DNA of 64,000 bases, from positions 121,265,435 to 121,329,434 of the forward strand of contig NC_068982.1 of NCBI RefSeq assembly GCF_001194135.2, read 5' to 3'. The translations under genes and the position numbers were made by a program. Under the pieces are notes generated by a model, which saw only the letters and a list, made by a program, of their open reading frames with translations, was not told where the DNA came from and searched no databases. This DNA comes from Octopus bimaculoides (Eukaryota). Below are positions 24,960-38,688 of the stretch, piece after piece; the stretch's first letter is position 1, and each line of letters starts with the position of its first letter.

Positions 24960-26300
24960 ACCTATTCCTACGTAGGTGATACCAGGTTTCATTCTTCTAT
25001 AACTTTCCATACCCATGCATCATTTACACACAACCTAGATACTTTGCGCCAAATTGACCCAAACTCATGAACAGAAACCTTGAAAACAGCCTCCAGTAAA
25101 ATCAAACCATTCTTGTCTCCTTAAACAGCAAAAATACAGAGTTATTGCACATATCAAGAAAATATGATTGCATTTCTCCCTTCTTAAACATGAACAGCAC
25201 ACAACTAGAACCTTCAAAGACACTACTAATGCTAGGCCTCACCATTATTGAGGATTACATTGCAAAGTCTGTGTCATGACAACTAGTCCTCCTATTCAGA
25301 ACCAGAAAATATTTTATCCTTCAACAAATATTGACTTTACACAAGGCTCAGATGAGACCCACAGTGGTGTTTTGCTCCTATATTTGAGATGGTGCAACCT
25401 AAAATCTTTGCATGAAATCTCTCTGAACTCATAACCAGAGATCTAGAAAACTTCCTCCTGTAGATTTATTCCTACTTTGTTTCCTTCAACTGCAGAAAGA
25501 ATGTAATGATTTATAAGTAGTAAGTAAATGAGGGGAAGAGACATATTGTTTATTTGTTGAAATGGTCCTTTATTTTCATTGTTACAATGAAAGATACTTC
25601 AAGTTGTTATTATCCACACATTTGCCATTCTGTTACCAATTCTGTAGGTTGTCAAGTTCGTCTTTTGTTGACTGCTAGGAAAATGGATAGAAGATGGAGA
25701 GAGTAAGAGTAAAAGAATTTAGACAAATAGAGAGGGTGAAAGTTGTGTAGTGACATGAGGTGAGAAAGATATGGATGCACTCTTTTTGACCAGGGGCCAA
25801 GTGAAAGAGATAGGACCAGGTCCCCTATGTGTTTTTTCTAACTAAATTAGGCCAGGCTATACAAAAAATTTTCCATCTCATATCTACCATGACCTAAGTT
25901 TTGCCTGAAACAGCCAGTTAAAGAATTATCTCAATGTGACAGTTGACTCTCATAAATTTCGTAGTGCCAATGTCGAGAACAATAGGAAGGAACTTGTAGA
26001 AAAATCTAGGCTAGGTTTCAAATCTTGGTTAAGAATCTAGGAAGCTATTCATTATGATATAATCACTGCCCATGTCAAGAAAATATTATTGCAGTGTGTC
26101 TCTCCTTAGTATCAACACCACACAACTATAAACCTCAAGGTCATCACTATTGACACCCTAAACTGCTTCCAAAAAAGGGATACTCAATGTCACTAGACAA
26201 CACACTCCAACCTCTGGCTCACAGATATGTTGCCTCTTCATTTTGTTTTTTGTACAACATCTACAATGGCCTATGTGCTTCAGAGGACCTGTAGAAGCTG
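24960..26300 (+). mobile_element. Degraded CR1/L2-like LINE RT C-terminal fragments (about 24960-25410 and 26160-26300)
   Basis: Reads LNMNSTQLEPSKTLLMLGLTIIEDY...QLVLLFRTRKYFILQQILTLHKAQMRPTVVFCSYI*DGA, and later TLQPLAHR...FLYNIYNGLCASE. Confidence 0.65.
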
Positions 26301-26925
26301 TGGATACAATAACTCCTTTCTCAGTATCAAACAGATAAAATGTAAATGAATTGGTCTATCAGACTTTCAACTTATAATGTATAGGTTCAAATTTACTGTA
26401 TGTGTTTCATTATGTCTGTGGATAGAACACTTTGTACTGCATACCTCAGTCTATTTAGCTGGCGGATATGTACTATATCCTTAGAGAAATATTAACTGTG
26501 ATAGACTATTATTGTGTCCAGGGAAAAATTTACCTCTCATTAATTACCATTATAGAAAGTAGAGTTATGAGTAAGTACAAAGCCTGAGGCTTGTGGAAAT
26601 ATTGGCTGAATATATTAAAGGTTTCAAACAGCCATCATGAGATGATAGCACTCATTAATATCAACAGATTAATTCAGTTATTACAGTATGATATTGACTG
26701 TAATATGGTCAAAGGATAAGGAAGATGACCTACCATGTGTGATGGAGGTAGATGACACTGTTTAATGTGGCTAATATTATGATTAACTGTGCCAGTGTAG
26801 ACAGTGCATGGTTTTTGTTCAAGAAAAAAGATTAACATGGAATCTAGGGAGTGAAGATCAGTTAGCTTACAGAAAAGGGCCAGCACAAGAATATAGTGTT
26901 ATGAAATTGAGAGAAGACTTTCGTA

Positions 26926-26965
<40 letters not shown>

Positions 26966-27601
26966 ATATTGAATGAGTGGTTGGAAATTATTGGTGAATG
27001 AAGATTTACTAATCCAGCTGACAGTCATTTTCTGGATGTTTATACATATATATATAATGAGGTATAAAGGCTTCTCTGACGTGTGAGCATTACCTGATGT
27101 AGAGGATACATATGTTTAGTATAGTGGACATCAATTTCCTATGCTGCAGTTTTGGCTTTGTAGTATATGAATAATAATCAGAAATAGCAAAGTTCATTGT
27201 TGAAAAGAAGTGTTATAGTCCTAGCTGTCTTCTCCATGGATAGTGAAGATGTAATATTTGGGGCTGTGTTTCTCCCTGAGGTTTACTTTATCTGTGTTTT
27301 GAAGGTGTTGCGAAATACAGAATAGGCTAGTACTTCTTGTTGTGCTTGGCAAGAAGGTGTGTATATGTAATGAATATGTTTCTGTAGCCACCGCCTGACA
27401 TAAGAACGTGACTATATGTGAAGTGGATTGATACAATGTAAACTAGCATTCTGTGCCACAGCTGGTTAATGTTGACCTGTTGTTGCTAACATAGATCCAT
27501 CTATCATACTACCTTTCATAACATAGATACTTGGTATCTCACAATATCACACACACACACACACACGCACGCATGCACGCACGCACGCACGCACGCATGC
27601 A

Positions 27602-27657
<56 letters not shown>

Positions 27658-27658
<1 letters not shown>

Positions 27659-28912
27659 TGGGTCATCCCATAAATCATGTGGTTTTTATACTTCTTTTAT
27701 TTTTCAAAATTAAGATTAAGTTCTTTTTTAATCTAAAATATGCTCCCCTTCATTTTCTACATTGCTCTTCCATCTATCTGGTTGACTTGCAAGGCTCCCG
27801 CTTCCAAAATTCACTTGTCCATAATGAAAAATACTCCTCCAGTACTGTTCTGGCCTCATCTACAGAATTCATATTTTTTCCATCCAAATGATTTTGAAAA
27901 CTGTGGAATTAATGATAATCAGATGGGGTAATGTCCGGCAAATATGGTGGGTGGGGCATTGTTTCCCATCCAAACCACTCCAGCCTTTGGAATGTCATCC
28001 TGGCTGTATGTAGCCAAGTATTATTCTCATGGAAGAACATCTTTTGTCATGAAACCAAAGATGGTTGTTTTTCTTCTGGCGCTGACTTAAGCCGCTCAAG
28101 CTTCTTGCAGTAGATCTTCTTTGTTTTCATTTGGTTTGGGTTTAAAAGGTCAAAGTGGACTAAACCTTTCATATCCCACCAAGACCTTCTTTAGACTGGG
28201 GTGCCAGTATTTCTACTTTCCCTACCCACTGTCTTCAGTGCTTGACAATTTTATGGAGAACCCATTTCTTGTCATCAGTCACTATTCTGTCCAAAAAGGT
28301 TTATTTGTGAGACGTGACAGCAAAGAAGAGCACACATTCACTCCCTGCATGTGATTAGACTCGGAATGTTTGTGAGGAACCCATTAACCCAATTTGCTGA
28401 TTTTTCTGATGGCACGCAGGTGTCGATGAATGGTTGAACGACCAAATCCAAGATTCTCTGCTAGTTCCTCAACAGTTACAATGGGATTTTGTTCCACCAG
28501 AGTTTGCAGGACATCCTCTTCAAGCTCTACAGATCTTTCAGGATGAGTCTCATCTTCTAGGCTGTAACTTAGAGCTCGGAATTTCTGGAACCTTCGTTGA
28601 CACTGGCTTATACTTATTGTCTGATCCCCATATGCTGCATTAATATTCCTCGCACTTTCCTTTGCATTGTTGCTTTTATTGAACTCATTAATCAAAATAT
28701 GCCAAATATGCTCCTTCGTCACTTCCATTATAGCTTTGAAAAAAATAACTGTTAAAAATCGAACTGCACTCTTCAAAATTTGCACTAAGAGTAGGTACAA
28801 AGTAAAATACTACCTGTTTTTATTGCAAGTTGATGCAGGTAGTTTATCCTGTTCCCCTCTGACTTTTAGTTCATGCAATTGAAAAAACTGCATTGTTTAT
28901 TGGATGACTCAA
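27658..28912 (-). mobile_element. Full-length (1255 bp) but inactivated mariner transposon
   Basis: TIRs TTGGGTCATCCCATAAATCATGTGGTTTTT / AAAAAACTGCATTGTTTATTGGATGACTCAA followed by TA. N-terminus MEVTKEHIWHILINEFNKSNNAKESARNINAAYGD...HRHLRAIRKISKLG; C-terminus PHPPYLPDITPSDYH*FHSFQNHLDGKK. Stops and frameshifts are present. Confidence 0.9.
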
Positions 28913-29015
28913 TATACATACATACATNNNNNNNNNNNNNNNNNNNNNNNNNNNNNNNNNNNNNNNNNNNNNNNNNNNNNNNNNNNNNNNNNNNNNNNNN
29001 NNNNNNNNNNNNNNN

Positions 29016-29053
<38 letters not shown>

Positions 29054-31333
29054 CACAAAACTTTTCATTAATGACTTCACAAATAATTGCATTCAGCACT
29101 TCAGTTAAGAAATTATGATATTCTGGTTGCTGCATGTCATTGTAGTTCCTATGGGAACTGTGACACTGAAATGAGTGTAAATATAATGAAATGACTGCAA
29201 ATCTATAATTGGTGTTGTGTTAAGAAAACAGACTCAGAACAACAATTTAATTTCGAGATTTCAGTTTTGTGTCTTCTTTCTTTCTTCTTTTCCCCCTCTT
29301 CATCTTACTCATCCTTCTACTCCCTCTTCTTCATAGCATTTTAGTTTTATTTCCTCAATCCTCCATGACAAGATTGTCAGCTGATCCATTACATTTCAGT
29401 CTAGCTTCATAATACATAAATATGCTTATTCACCCTTTAGTCTCCCTTTCTTTCTACTACCACTATGTCCACTTCCCAAGTACTCATAATTTCAGTTTGG
29501 GTCTTCAGCATTCACCATCCATGTATTATGTTTGATTTCCATACTGGCAGGTGTTAGAGGTAGTGCTTTTATGGCCAGATACCCTTCTTGTTGCCAACCC
29601 TTTTAGATGCCTCTTATGATTGACAAGGATATGGTGTACTTACTTTTCATAAAACTCAGATAGACAGACATAGGTCATATTGATTATTTTAATTTGCCAT
29701 ACTTGAGAAGAGTTGTCAAGCCAAATAGAAATGTAGTTGTAGCCGATGCCAGTGTCATGTAACTGGCATCTGTGTCAGTGGCACATACAAAGCACGCATT
29801 ACACTCTTCGAGTGGTTGGCGTTAGGAAGGGCATCCAGCTGTAGAAACCATGCCAAATCAGATTGGAACCTGGTGCAGCTCTCTAGCTTACCAGTTTCAG
29901 TCACACTGTCTAACCCATGCCAACATGGAAAGCAGATGCTAAATGATGATGTTCTCAGTATGACTTCTCAAAGTTATAAGTTTTCTATTTTTTTTCTGTA
30001 ATATTTCTCTGAGTTTGAACTCTTCAAATTTGCTCCATCTTTCCACCACATTGCTGTGAAATAGGAATGGGAGGACAATGATAGAAATGTTATGTAGAAA
30101 AGATTCAAATGTAATTAGTTTTACTTGTATGTTTTTACACAGTCTATTATAGAAAATATAAAGAAATCTTTTTAAGTGATTTAAACATTGATTTAATACT
30201 TTCCTCTCATTACTGCACTGATCTGATTAATTAAATTATTTCTATAATGTTCATTAAATATGTTAGCTTTGATTTAAAACTAAGAGACATAATACCTGTG
30301 AGGTTAAGGTGTTGGGTTACTGACCACAAAGTCATAAGTTCAGATTTCAGTACTGTCATTACACTGTGTCTCTGAACAACAAATGTAACTTGGTTTGACT
30401 CTCACTCTCATTTACAAAAATAAAAATAAAAAGTGGCTCTACAACTTTTACATCACAGTTGAGTGGTTAGTTGCTTAGTGAGATGAAGAAAAACCATCCA
30501 GCTGTAAAAACATTTGTCAGAGAAGTAAAAATTCTCTCACACATGATTTCAAAAACGGTTTATATTAGGTAGCAATCTCAGATAAGGTAATCTATTCCTG
30601 ATATTTCTAGCAACTAAGAGAACTGAAGTATCCACATATAATATTGACAATGTGTTTTATTCAGTCTTGCTAACATGTTAGTGGAGAAGTAGGAAGCTGT
30701 CAGATAACAAATACATGAGCGACAGTAGAGAAATAAAATGAAAGGGAACAAAAGGATGTGGTGTTTTTGCAATGCACAGAATAGCAAACAGAAAGAGTGA
30801 GTGAAAGAATTAAAATGTGAATGGGGTAGAGTAAAATGTGTTACAAAACTTGGAGTGGCAGGTATCATTTGGAAAGAGCTAACAATGGGAACAAACTCAA
30901 TTTGCCGATCAATAGCAATGGGAAAAAAAGAAGTCTTTGTAGAACTCACTTTTGTACTCTGCATGTTGTGATAAAAAAACTTCTGGAATAATAATAATTA
31001 TGTATAAATTTTTCAATGTTTTAAAACTACTAATTTCTAATTTAAGGCATAAAGCCAACAGGTTTTGAGTGGAGAAGTTGGTTGATTAATTTGACCTCCC
31101 CACTCCTCCTTGGGATGACAGGCAAAGTTGACTTCAGTGGGTTTTAAACTCAGAATGTAATGATCCTAAACAAATACTGCAAGGTATCATATCAGATGCT
31201 CTGCCAATTCTGCCAGTCCACTACCCTGTTTTCCAAATAATATGATGATAATTTTGGCTGTGTGCCCAAGAAACTCGCTTTGGAACTACATGGTTTTGGG
31301 TTCAGTCCTACTGCATGGCACCTNNNNNNNNNN

Positions 31334-31381
<48 letters not shown>

Positions 31382-31596
31382 AGCTACATGGCTACAGTCC
31401 AAGTAAAAGAAATAGTCTCATCATTTTTAATAAAATTTTCATAATGTTTTAAACTATTTGATTAAATAAATGGTGCCTTTTTAAGGGAAAGTGTTAAGGT
31501 GACCCATCATTTTGATAGGTAGTATATCTAAGTCTTAGGTCCTTCTATTCCATGTGACACATTGGGTGGTAAGGCTTCTCCAATGTTGTTGGTTGG

Positions 31597-32136
31597 CTAC
31601 GGTGATTTCAGCTTCATCCAAAGAAATGTCAATGGCTTTGAGGTCATTGATGAAGGTGTAGCGCCACGTCGCTTTTGGTTGCCCTTGTTTTTTCTTGTTG
31701 TGTGGTGGCTTCTACAGAATGGTGGTTTTCGCATGCCACAACGATGGTAATTGGGGGATATGGCCTGCGAATCCCAAGCGGCACTCAGTGACAACATCAT
31801 GGAGTGGATGGGTATCGGTTTGGCGATATATCTCATCGTTGGTGATGTGATCCTGGTATAATAGTCACAGTATCCACTGGAGGCATTGTAGCTGAAATAC
31901 ACTGAGCCTTTGCACAATCTTTGCCAATGTCTTCCACGTTTCCGCAGCATATATTGCTGATGGTATGACAATGCTGTTGAAGAAGTGCACTTTGGTCTTG
32001 GTGGAGATCTCTCTACCTGCCCGATGGGTTTGAGTTCTTGAAAGACAGGTAAGGCCTTTCCAATCTGGCATGCAACGTCGCGTTTGGCATCTCCATTGCT
32101 GGCCACAATGCTGCCCAAATGGGTAGTATGTACCAC
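31597..32136 (-). mobile_element. RTE-clade LINE RT C-terminal fragment
   Basis: Reads HLGSIVASNGDAKRDVACQIGKA, then after a frameshift ISTKTKVHFFNSIVIPSAIYAAETWKTL...FQLQCLQWIL. Confidence 0.85.
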
Positions 32137-32624
32137 CTCATAAACAAATTATTAGTAATATTTTAGTATTAAAACAAAAAGTGTGAGGTCTTTAGATAAG
32201 AGATTAAATAATGGGTTCACTACCATTTTGAATAGATATGCCAGAATGCTCCTCCAAAAAATACAACAGAACACCTTTAGTAAATTTGAACCCTAGACCT
32301 GTGAGTTGGTAGTTTAATATATTATCAATTTGACTATTTTGCTTTACTTTGTGAATTCTCCATCTTCAAAAGATATAACATATAGAATGAGTCAACAAGG
32401 GGTATATATGTAGGTGTCGAATGTGCTTTAAGTAACAGCCAAATTTCCTTCAAAACAAACACACACACACATGCATTATTGTTTAAAATATGATAATACA
32501 TTGGACAATGTATCCCTTGATATACAAAATAATGGGATGATCATGGCTGGAAAGACTTTGAACATAGGTTTGATCCGTCAGTGCTGACCTAAGGGCTAGA
32601 CAACACAGCAAGCAGAATATTATG

Positions 32625-32800
32625 TTATTTTATTTTATTTTATTTTTTTTTTTTTTTCCCCTTAGAGGATGGGCAGCATACATGACTATTTTTTGGGGGT
32701 TTCTGAGACTGGTGAAAGGAAAGAAGTCCCCTTGTTATCTTCAGATCAGAGTCCTGTCCCAAATGCTTACAACATTGTGAACTTTAGCTAAAGGCACCCA
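32625..32800 (-). mobile_element. Probable retroelement 3' end with poly(A)/(TAAAA)n tail
   Basis: Minus strand ...CAGTCTCAGAAACCCCCAAAAAATAGTCATGTATGCTGCCCATCCTCTAAGGGG followed by a long A run and (TAAAA)n. Confidence 0.45.
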
Positions 32801-33187
32801 AGACCAGATGGTAGCATTAAACAGAATGACAATATATAAACAAATACAAGATCACAGCTGAAACAACCTTAGTCTCAGGTTTGCTTGATCAGATCTAACT
32901 TAGGGTTAAACAACACCATTAGTCATTTCACTTAACTCTGGTAATCCCCTATAAAACAAAGTTAATCATGTTAAGTCAGTAAGCATAGTCATTCATAACT
33001 ATTTCAGGCTAAAACAGACTTTCATTAGAAAAAAAAAATAAGTTAGTTCATATGTACTGGTGATGATTCTTACCTCATTTTATCAATACTCTGGTTTGTA
33101 TGGAGGNNNNNNNNNNNNNNNNNNNNNNNNNNNNNNNNNNNNNNNNNNNNNNNNNNNNNNNNNNNNNNNNNNNNNNNNNNNNNNNNN

Positions 33188-33242
<55 letters not shown>

Positions 33243-34575
33243 CATACACATGCACACATACATATAAGTTTATGTATATTTACATACACACGCACACACA
33301 TATGCATATTTATGCATACATAACATGGATATAAATGCTTTATATACATATAAATATACCATATATATATATATATAACAATTAGAAAATGGAGGATAAT
33401 ATGCTGAACCCAACTACTTGCAGACGGTGTATCCCACTATCCCTTAGTGGGTTGAACCCCCAACCCCTAACTCTCTCACGTTATATATATATATATATAT
33501 TGTGATCATGTCTGTTTTTTCTGTACTAAAATGAGTTGAACAAAACTGCTTGAGACAATGCTTTTGGGTTGGATGTCCTTCTTGATGTCAACCTTTACTT
33601 GTTTTCAAGTAAGGTACTTTATTCAAACACTCTTCTCAGGTAAACACACATGTAAGTTAATGCTGAAATAAAACTTCTTAGGACAACAACAAATATTTGA
33701 TGTGTTTAGGGTTTTAAACACTCGATGAAAAAGACAAAAAAAATTTTATCTTGACCAGAGTATTGATAATTTAAATGCCTAGTGTGTAAATCAATTTCAT
33801 CATCATCATCGTTTAACATTCGCTTTCCATGCTGGCATGGGTTGGACAGTTTGACAGAGGACTGGCTAACTAGGAGGCTGCACCAGGCTCCAATCTGTTC
33901 TGGCAAGGTTTCGACAGCTGGATGTCCTTCCTAACGCCCTGAAATAGGAACTTAGTTATGCAAATATCTATTTAGTTTTCTAAGAGGGCCTTAGTTATGC
34001 TAATCAATTTGTCAGGCATTAAATTCTTGAGGCCCATAACATGTATATAAGAAAAAAAAAACTTCAATCACAAGTAATTTGTGTAGCAAATATTTTGCAG
34101 ATATCCTTAAATAAACTGAAATCATTAATGACTACAATAAAACAACTTAAAATTAACTCAGTTGAGGACTGTGATAGAATTAATGCTGATATATAACTAT
34201 CTGGGGGATAATAATAAGTATTTTATGTGTTAGTGCCTTTATGTATGTACAACTGTTCAATGCTATCCTTGCCATTTTGTGTCGGGTCAACCTTAACCAA
34301 GTGACACATTACTAAAGGCATTCATGAATATCTTCATCTAATAAGTCCTATTTTTTTAAAAGACATTACAGTGTAATGTGAAGGAAATTTGGCTGCTATT
34401 TCTTGCAGATTAAGCTTCTGCATGGAGGCTCCTTCATTGGTTTCCCATTCATCATATTTTTATAGCTGTAGTTTTGATTTTATAGGTGTAGTTTATTTAA
34501 ATGGTATTTGAATAGGCACACATGTATTTGTGTTGTCCAAATACCATTTAATGTGTGTGTATATGTATGTATGTA

Positions 34576-34628
<53 letters not shown>

Positions 34629-35810
34629 TAGAGGGTTGTTTGTCATGGCTGGTCAGAAGGCTACCATTAGTTTCCCAGCTATGACGTGCTTAGCTGTATA
34701 GGTGATCCATCAGACTCAGATGGCCAGAGGCACATAACCTCTCTACAACTGGAGGGAAGAAAACATCATGCTCAGTTAATTTTGTAAATGGAAATATTCT
34801 GGAAGGAAAATCTACTCGCAAAACTTGGGCAAGGCAGAATTGTCTCCGTTACACCAGTTCCAGTTATGTCTATGACAGGCCTGCCAAAGATGTGTAAAGA
34901 TAGCAGCATTTACCTAGTCAAGAAATGGGGAATTCCATGTTTTTCCAACACAAATTTCCTCTGATGTGGGCACTAACTAAACATTTCTTTTTTGAAGTTT
35001 AAAATGTTCCCCAGGTCAAATGAGTTTTTCAGGATTCTTGATATGCAGCTGGCCAGGGGCATGATGTTGCACCTTCTGGTATTCTAAAGGAGTACCTGTG
35101 ATTGTTAAAACACAATGCTTGAATGGGCCACTTGTAGATCTGACTTATTTCCGTGTCTGTGCTGGTGGTGTTACAGCTGTTGTTGTCGCTGTCATTATTG
35201 CTGATGCTGTTGTTGCTCTTATTGCTAGATGTGATGCTGGTGTCATAGTTACCACTAATAAGGCTTCTATTGCTGCTGGATGCATTGCTGGTGCTGTTGT
35301 AATCGTTCTTATTGCTGCCATAGCAATATCATCATCATCATCATCATCTAAAGTCTTTTGTCCATGCTGGCATGGGTTAGACGGTTTGACCAAAGCTGGG
35401 GAGCTGCGTCAGACTCCAGTCTGATTTGGCATGGCTGCTATGGCTGGATGCCCTTCCAAATGCCCTTCCACTTTACAGAGTTAGCTGGGTGCTTTTACAT
35501 GGACCTGTACGGGTGCATTTATGTGGTGTCACATGAGCACTTTTCCATGGCCCTGCATGGGTGCATTTACATGGTGCTGCACAGGCACATTTATGTGGTA
35601 CCACTTGATGCTTGTATGTGGCACCACATGGGTGTTAAACATATGCACTGTTGCATTAGTAGAATATAAAGAGGAAAATTTTCTCACATTTATACATACA
35701 ACTAAATCTATTAATATTTATACACATCTGTTAAAGTATATTTGTAAACACTTTCCTTTTCATAATCTTTGTGTGTGTTTTAGTATTATATATTTATATA
35801 TATATATTAT

Positions 35811-35864
35811 CAGTCCTCAGTCAAATCGTCCAACCCATGCTAGCATGGAAAGCGGACGTTAAAC

Positions 35865-35906
<42 letters not shown>

Positions 35907-36256
35907 AGCCTGACCAGGATAAGCTACCCCTATTTTGCTGAAAAAAGTGTTGGCGGCCAGCTATGGTGAGGGCAGTTTAGCTTAATTGGTCTAAGAGCAC
36001 CACGACACGTAATCACAGAGGTGTGAGTTCGTGTCTCATAACTGGCTGCCAACACTTTTTCTGCAAAATAGGGGTAGTTTATCCTGCGTTTGAAAATTTA
36101 AAAATCACTTCTTTAACTTCCTAAGACAACTCAACGGTTCTAAAAGCAAACTTCGTTTGTTTGTTTACGTTCATCATATATATCATCATCATCATCATCA
36201 TCGTTTAACGTCCGCTTTCCATGCTAGCATGGGTTGGACGATTTGACTGAGGACTG
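35811..36256. repeat. Nested inverted repeat: outer 75-bp perfect arms and inner approximately 50-bp arms
   Basis: Outer arms 35811-35885 and 36182-36256 (family B tails) are exact reverse complements. Inner arms 35915-35965 and 36037-36086 differ by 4 mismatches and 1 indel. Confidence 0.9.
35971..36047 (+). pseudogene. tRNA-like sequence (pseudogene or SINE head) with degenerate anticodon arm
   Basis: Acceptor stem GGCAGTT/AACTGGC (6 of 7 pair), D-arm GCTT-AATTGGTCTAA-GAGC, T-arm GTGAG-TTCGTGT-CTCAT, A- and B-box-like motifs, and TTTTT at 36056-36060. The anticodon stem pairs poorly. Confidence 0.55.
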
Positions 36257-38389
36257 GTGAAACCGGATGGCAACACCAGGCTCCAGTCTGATTTGATATT
36301 AAAAAGTTCTAGCATTTCTTATTGTAAAGAAATTGTTCACTTGTGTGTTAATCTGTGTATGACATTTATTTTTATAAGTCTATATGTTTATGTGCATATG
36401 CCTCTAGTTTTTTTAAATGAATATCTCTGTATTTAAATCTTGTCTATATAGTTATGTATGTATGTGTCTAACAGTTATAAATGATATTTTTTGCGTCTAA
36501 GTGTTGCACTTGTGTGTGTGTGTATAGTGTTTTTCTGTTAGTGCACACATTATATAATGAATAAATTCTTTGGTTTTGAGGCTTCTAGAAATCAAATTCC
36601 CTTGAATTTTTTACATATACAGGGGCTTATGTATTCATAGACCAAAACATTTTATATTCACTGTGCAGATTTTAATCTAAATAAACAAACAGACATGCAG
36701 AAAAACTGATGGTAAAAAAGCCAAAGGCTCCAGGCAAAATCAAATCACCTATCTTCTGTATCCATGACAGGTGTGCTAACCAATTACACTAAAGTCACTG
36801 TCTGTCCCTCTGCCATCAAATTACACACAGTTTCTTCTTAGAATCTGGAAAATAAGTATGTTTCATTTAGAATATAGCTGCCTAAAGAAATATGGAAATA
36901 AAATCATTTTAACAGTGTATCTTGGAAGTGCATACAGCTATAAATAACAACATGTAATATATTGGGTTAAAAATGACTGCCAATTTTACAGATATTAATT
37001 TGATTACTTTCTGCACTGAAAAATAATCAAATAAGATTTAAGGGTTTCTACAAAAGAGGGTCTATTAGAAGCAGTTCTGTTTCTAAAGGCAAGACGTTTG
37101 ATAAATTTTGAATAAGTATTTTTGATATAGCCCTTATTCTATCAATATAGCTTTTATTTAATAAATTTTGTTGGGATTAACTTTTCAATATCTTACAATG
37201 TAATTAATTCCTGTTTCATGTAATGCAATCTTTCATGTTGCATTCACTTCAGTTTTGTATTCAAATTGCTTTAATCTCGAAAAGGAAATGTTATATATTT
37301 AAGGGTTGTATTTCTTTTAAAATGGCCATTTTTTTTTAAAGTACTTTAGGTGCTAAATCTTTTGGTTTTTATTTTGATGTACTCCAAATTTTCAAACTGA
37401 TAAACTAAGATATTCCTGATTTTCTTTGAGTATATTTTTATTATTCATTTCTGTTATGTCCTTTTACTTTATAGTCTTTTGATAAAAATATTCATTTCTG
37501 TAATAAATAATATAAAAAAACCCACAACAATAGAGCTATAAAATGTAAGCCTAAACCTTTAACATTATAGGGTGCTTGGAAATAGCCTGGTTATTCTCAT
37601 TGGTCATTTATGTTGTGTGAATTTATTTAATAGAAAAATATGATTAATCTTGTTACAAAAAGAGGAATTGGAATTGGAATCAGTGATCACTGACTCCACA
37701 GCCCTGATAGTAACAAAATGAGTGATTGTCACTGGATTAATGTGGAAGGTTGCTGTTGTACATAGTCTGTGGACAGAAACCTTGTAAGACAAAAACAAAG
37801 CCTGTTAAAAGGATGAATGAACTCAATATAGGGCCAATGACTATCTAGCAATATTCATCGTACATAGGTATTAACTTGAAAAATGCTTAGGAAAGTATCT
37901 CATAGAAAGTTGTGTCTTATGTCCTCTGCAGAAGTAAACCTGTTTCTAAAATCTCAACTATGGTAGCGGTTGGTTACATATCTTATTTTGTGATTGTGGT
38001 TTGTGTCTGTATTCATTTGGTGATATGTTTGGTGTGATGTAGACTGTGATACCAAAGCAGATTAACATCAGTTTCTTTGAGTTTTGCATTCCTAACTCCT
38101 TCTCTAGCATGAATCATTTCATGTCTGGTATGTGACATACTGTGTACCAATCTAGGTAACTTAATTAGGAGAGTGGAGTAGGCTCTGTACAACTTACTCC
38201 ACTAGAAACAAATTTGTTGCACAGGTTGTTTAGTAAGAACACTTTCTATTTTTGTAAACAAAGTACGGTGAAAATTAGATAGTAGAACAGGCAAAGTTAA
38301 TGGTTTTTTATTCTCAAGAATACAAAACTAAGTTCTCTCTTTCTTTACTATTTGATATAACAACTCTCCAGGATTTCTATCTATCTATC

Positions 38390-38688
38390 TGTTGGTGTTG
38401 GCACTCCGTCGCTTACGACGTCGAAGGTTCCAGTTGATCCGATCAATGAAACAACCTGCTCGTGAAATTAACGTGCAAGTGGCTGAGTATTCCACAGACA
38501 CGTGTACCCTTAACGTAGTTCTCGGGGATATTCAGCGTGACACAGTGTGACAAGGCTGACCCTTTGAATTACAGGCACAACAGAAACAGGAAGTAAGAGT
38601 GAGAGAAAGTGGTGAATGAGTACAGCAGGGTTTGCCACCATCCCCTGCCGGATCCTCATGGAGCTTTAGGTGTTTTCGCTCAATAAAC
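38390..38688 (-). mobile_element. SINE family D, cut by an assembly gap
   Basis: Highly similar to the corresponding part of 40819-41212. Confidence 0.85.

Noticed and set aside
32666-32711. Apparent exon RMGSIHDYFLGVSET that would link exon 3 to the downstream chain
   Set aside because: The poly-T acceptor is best explained as the antisense poly(A) tail of a retroelement. Exonisation cannot be fully excluded.
35098-35424. ORF with a transmembrane-like stretch (ASIAAGCIAGAVVIVLIAAIAI)
   Set aside because: Degenerate (GCT/GTT)n low-complexity sequence running into a family B repeat, with no convincing splice sites.
37570-37640. VLGNSLVILIG, resembling GPCR TM1
   Set aside because: Isolated, weak donor, and no further GPCR segments were found. 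Likely chance.
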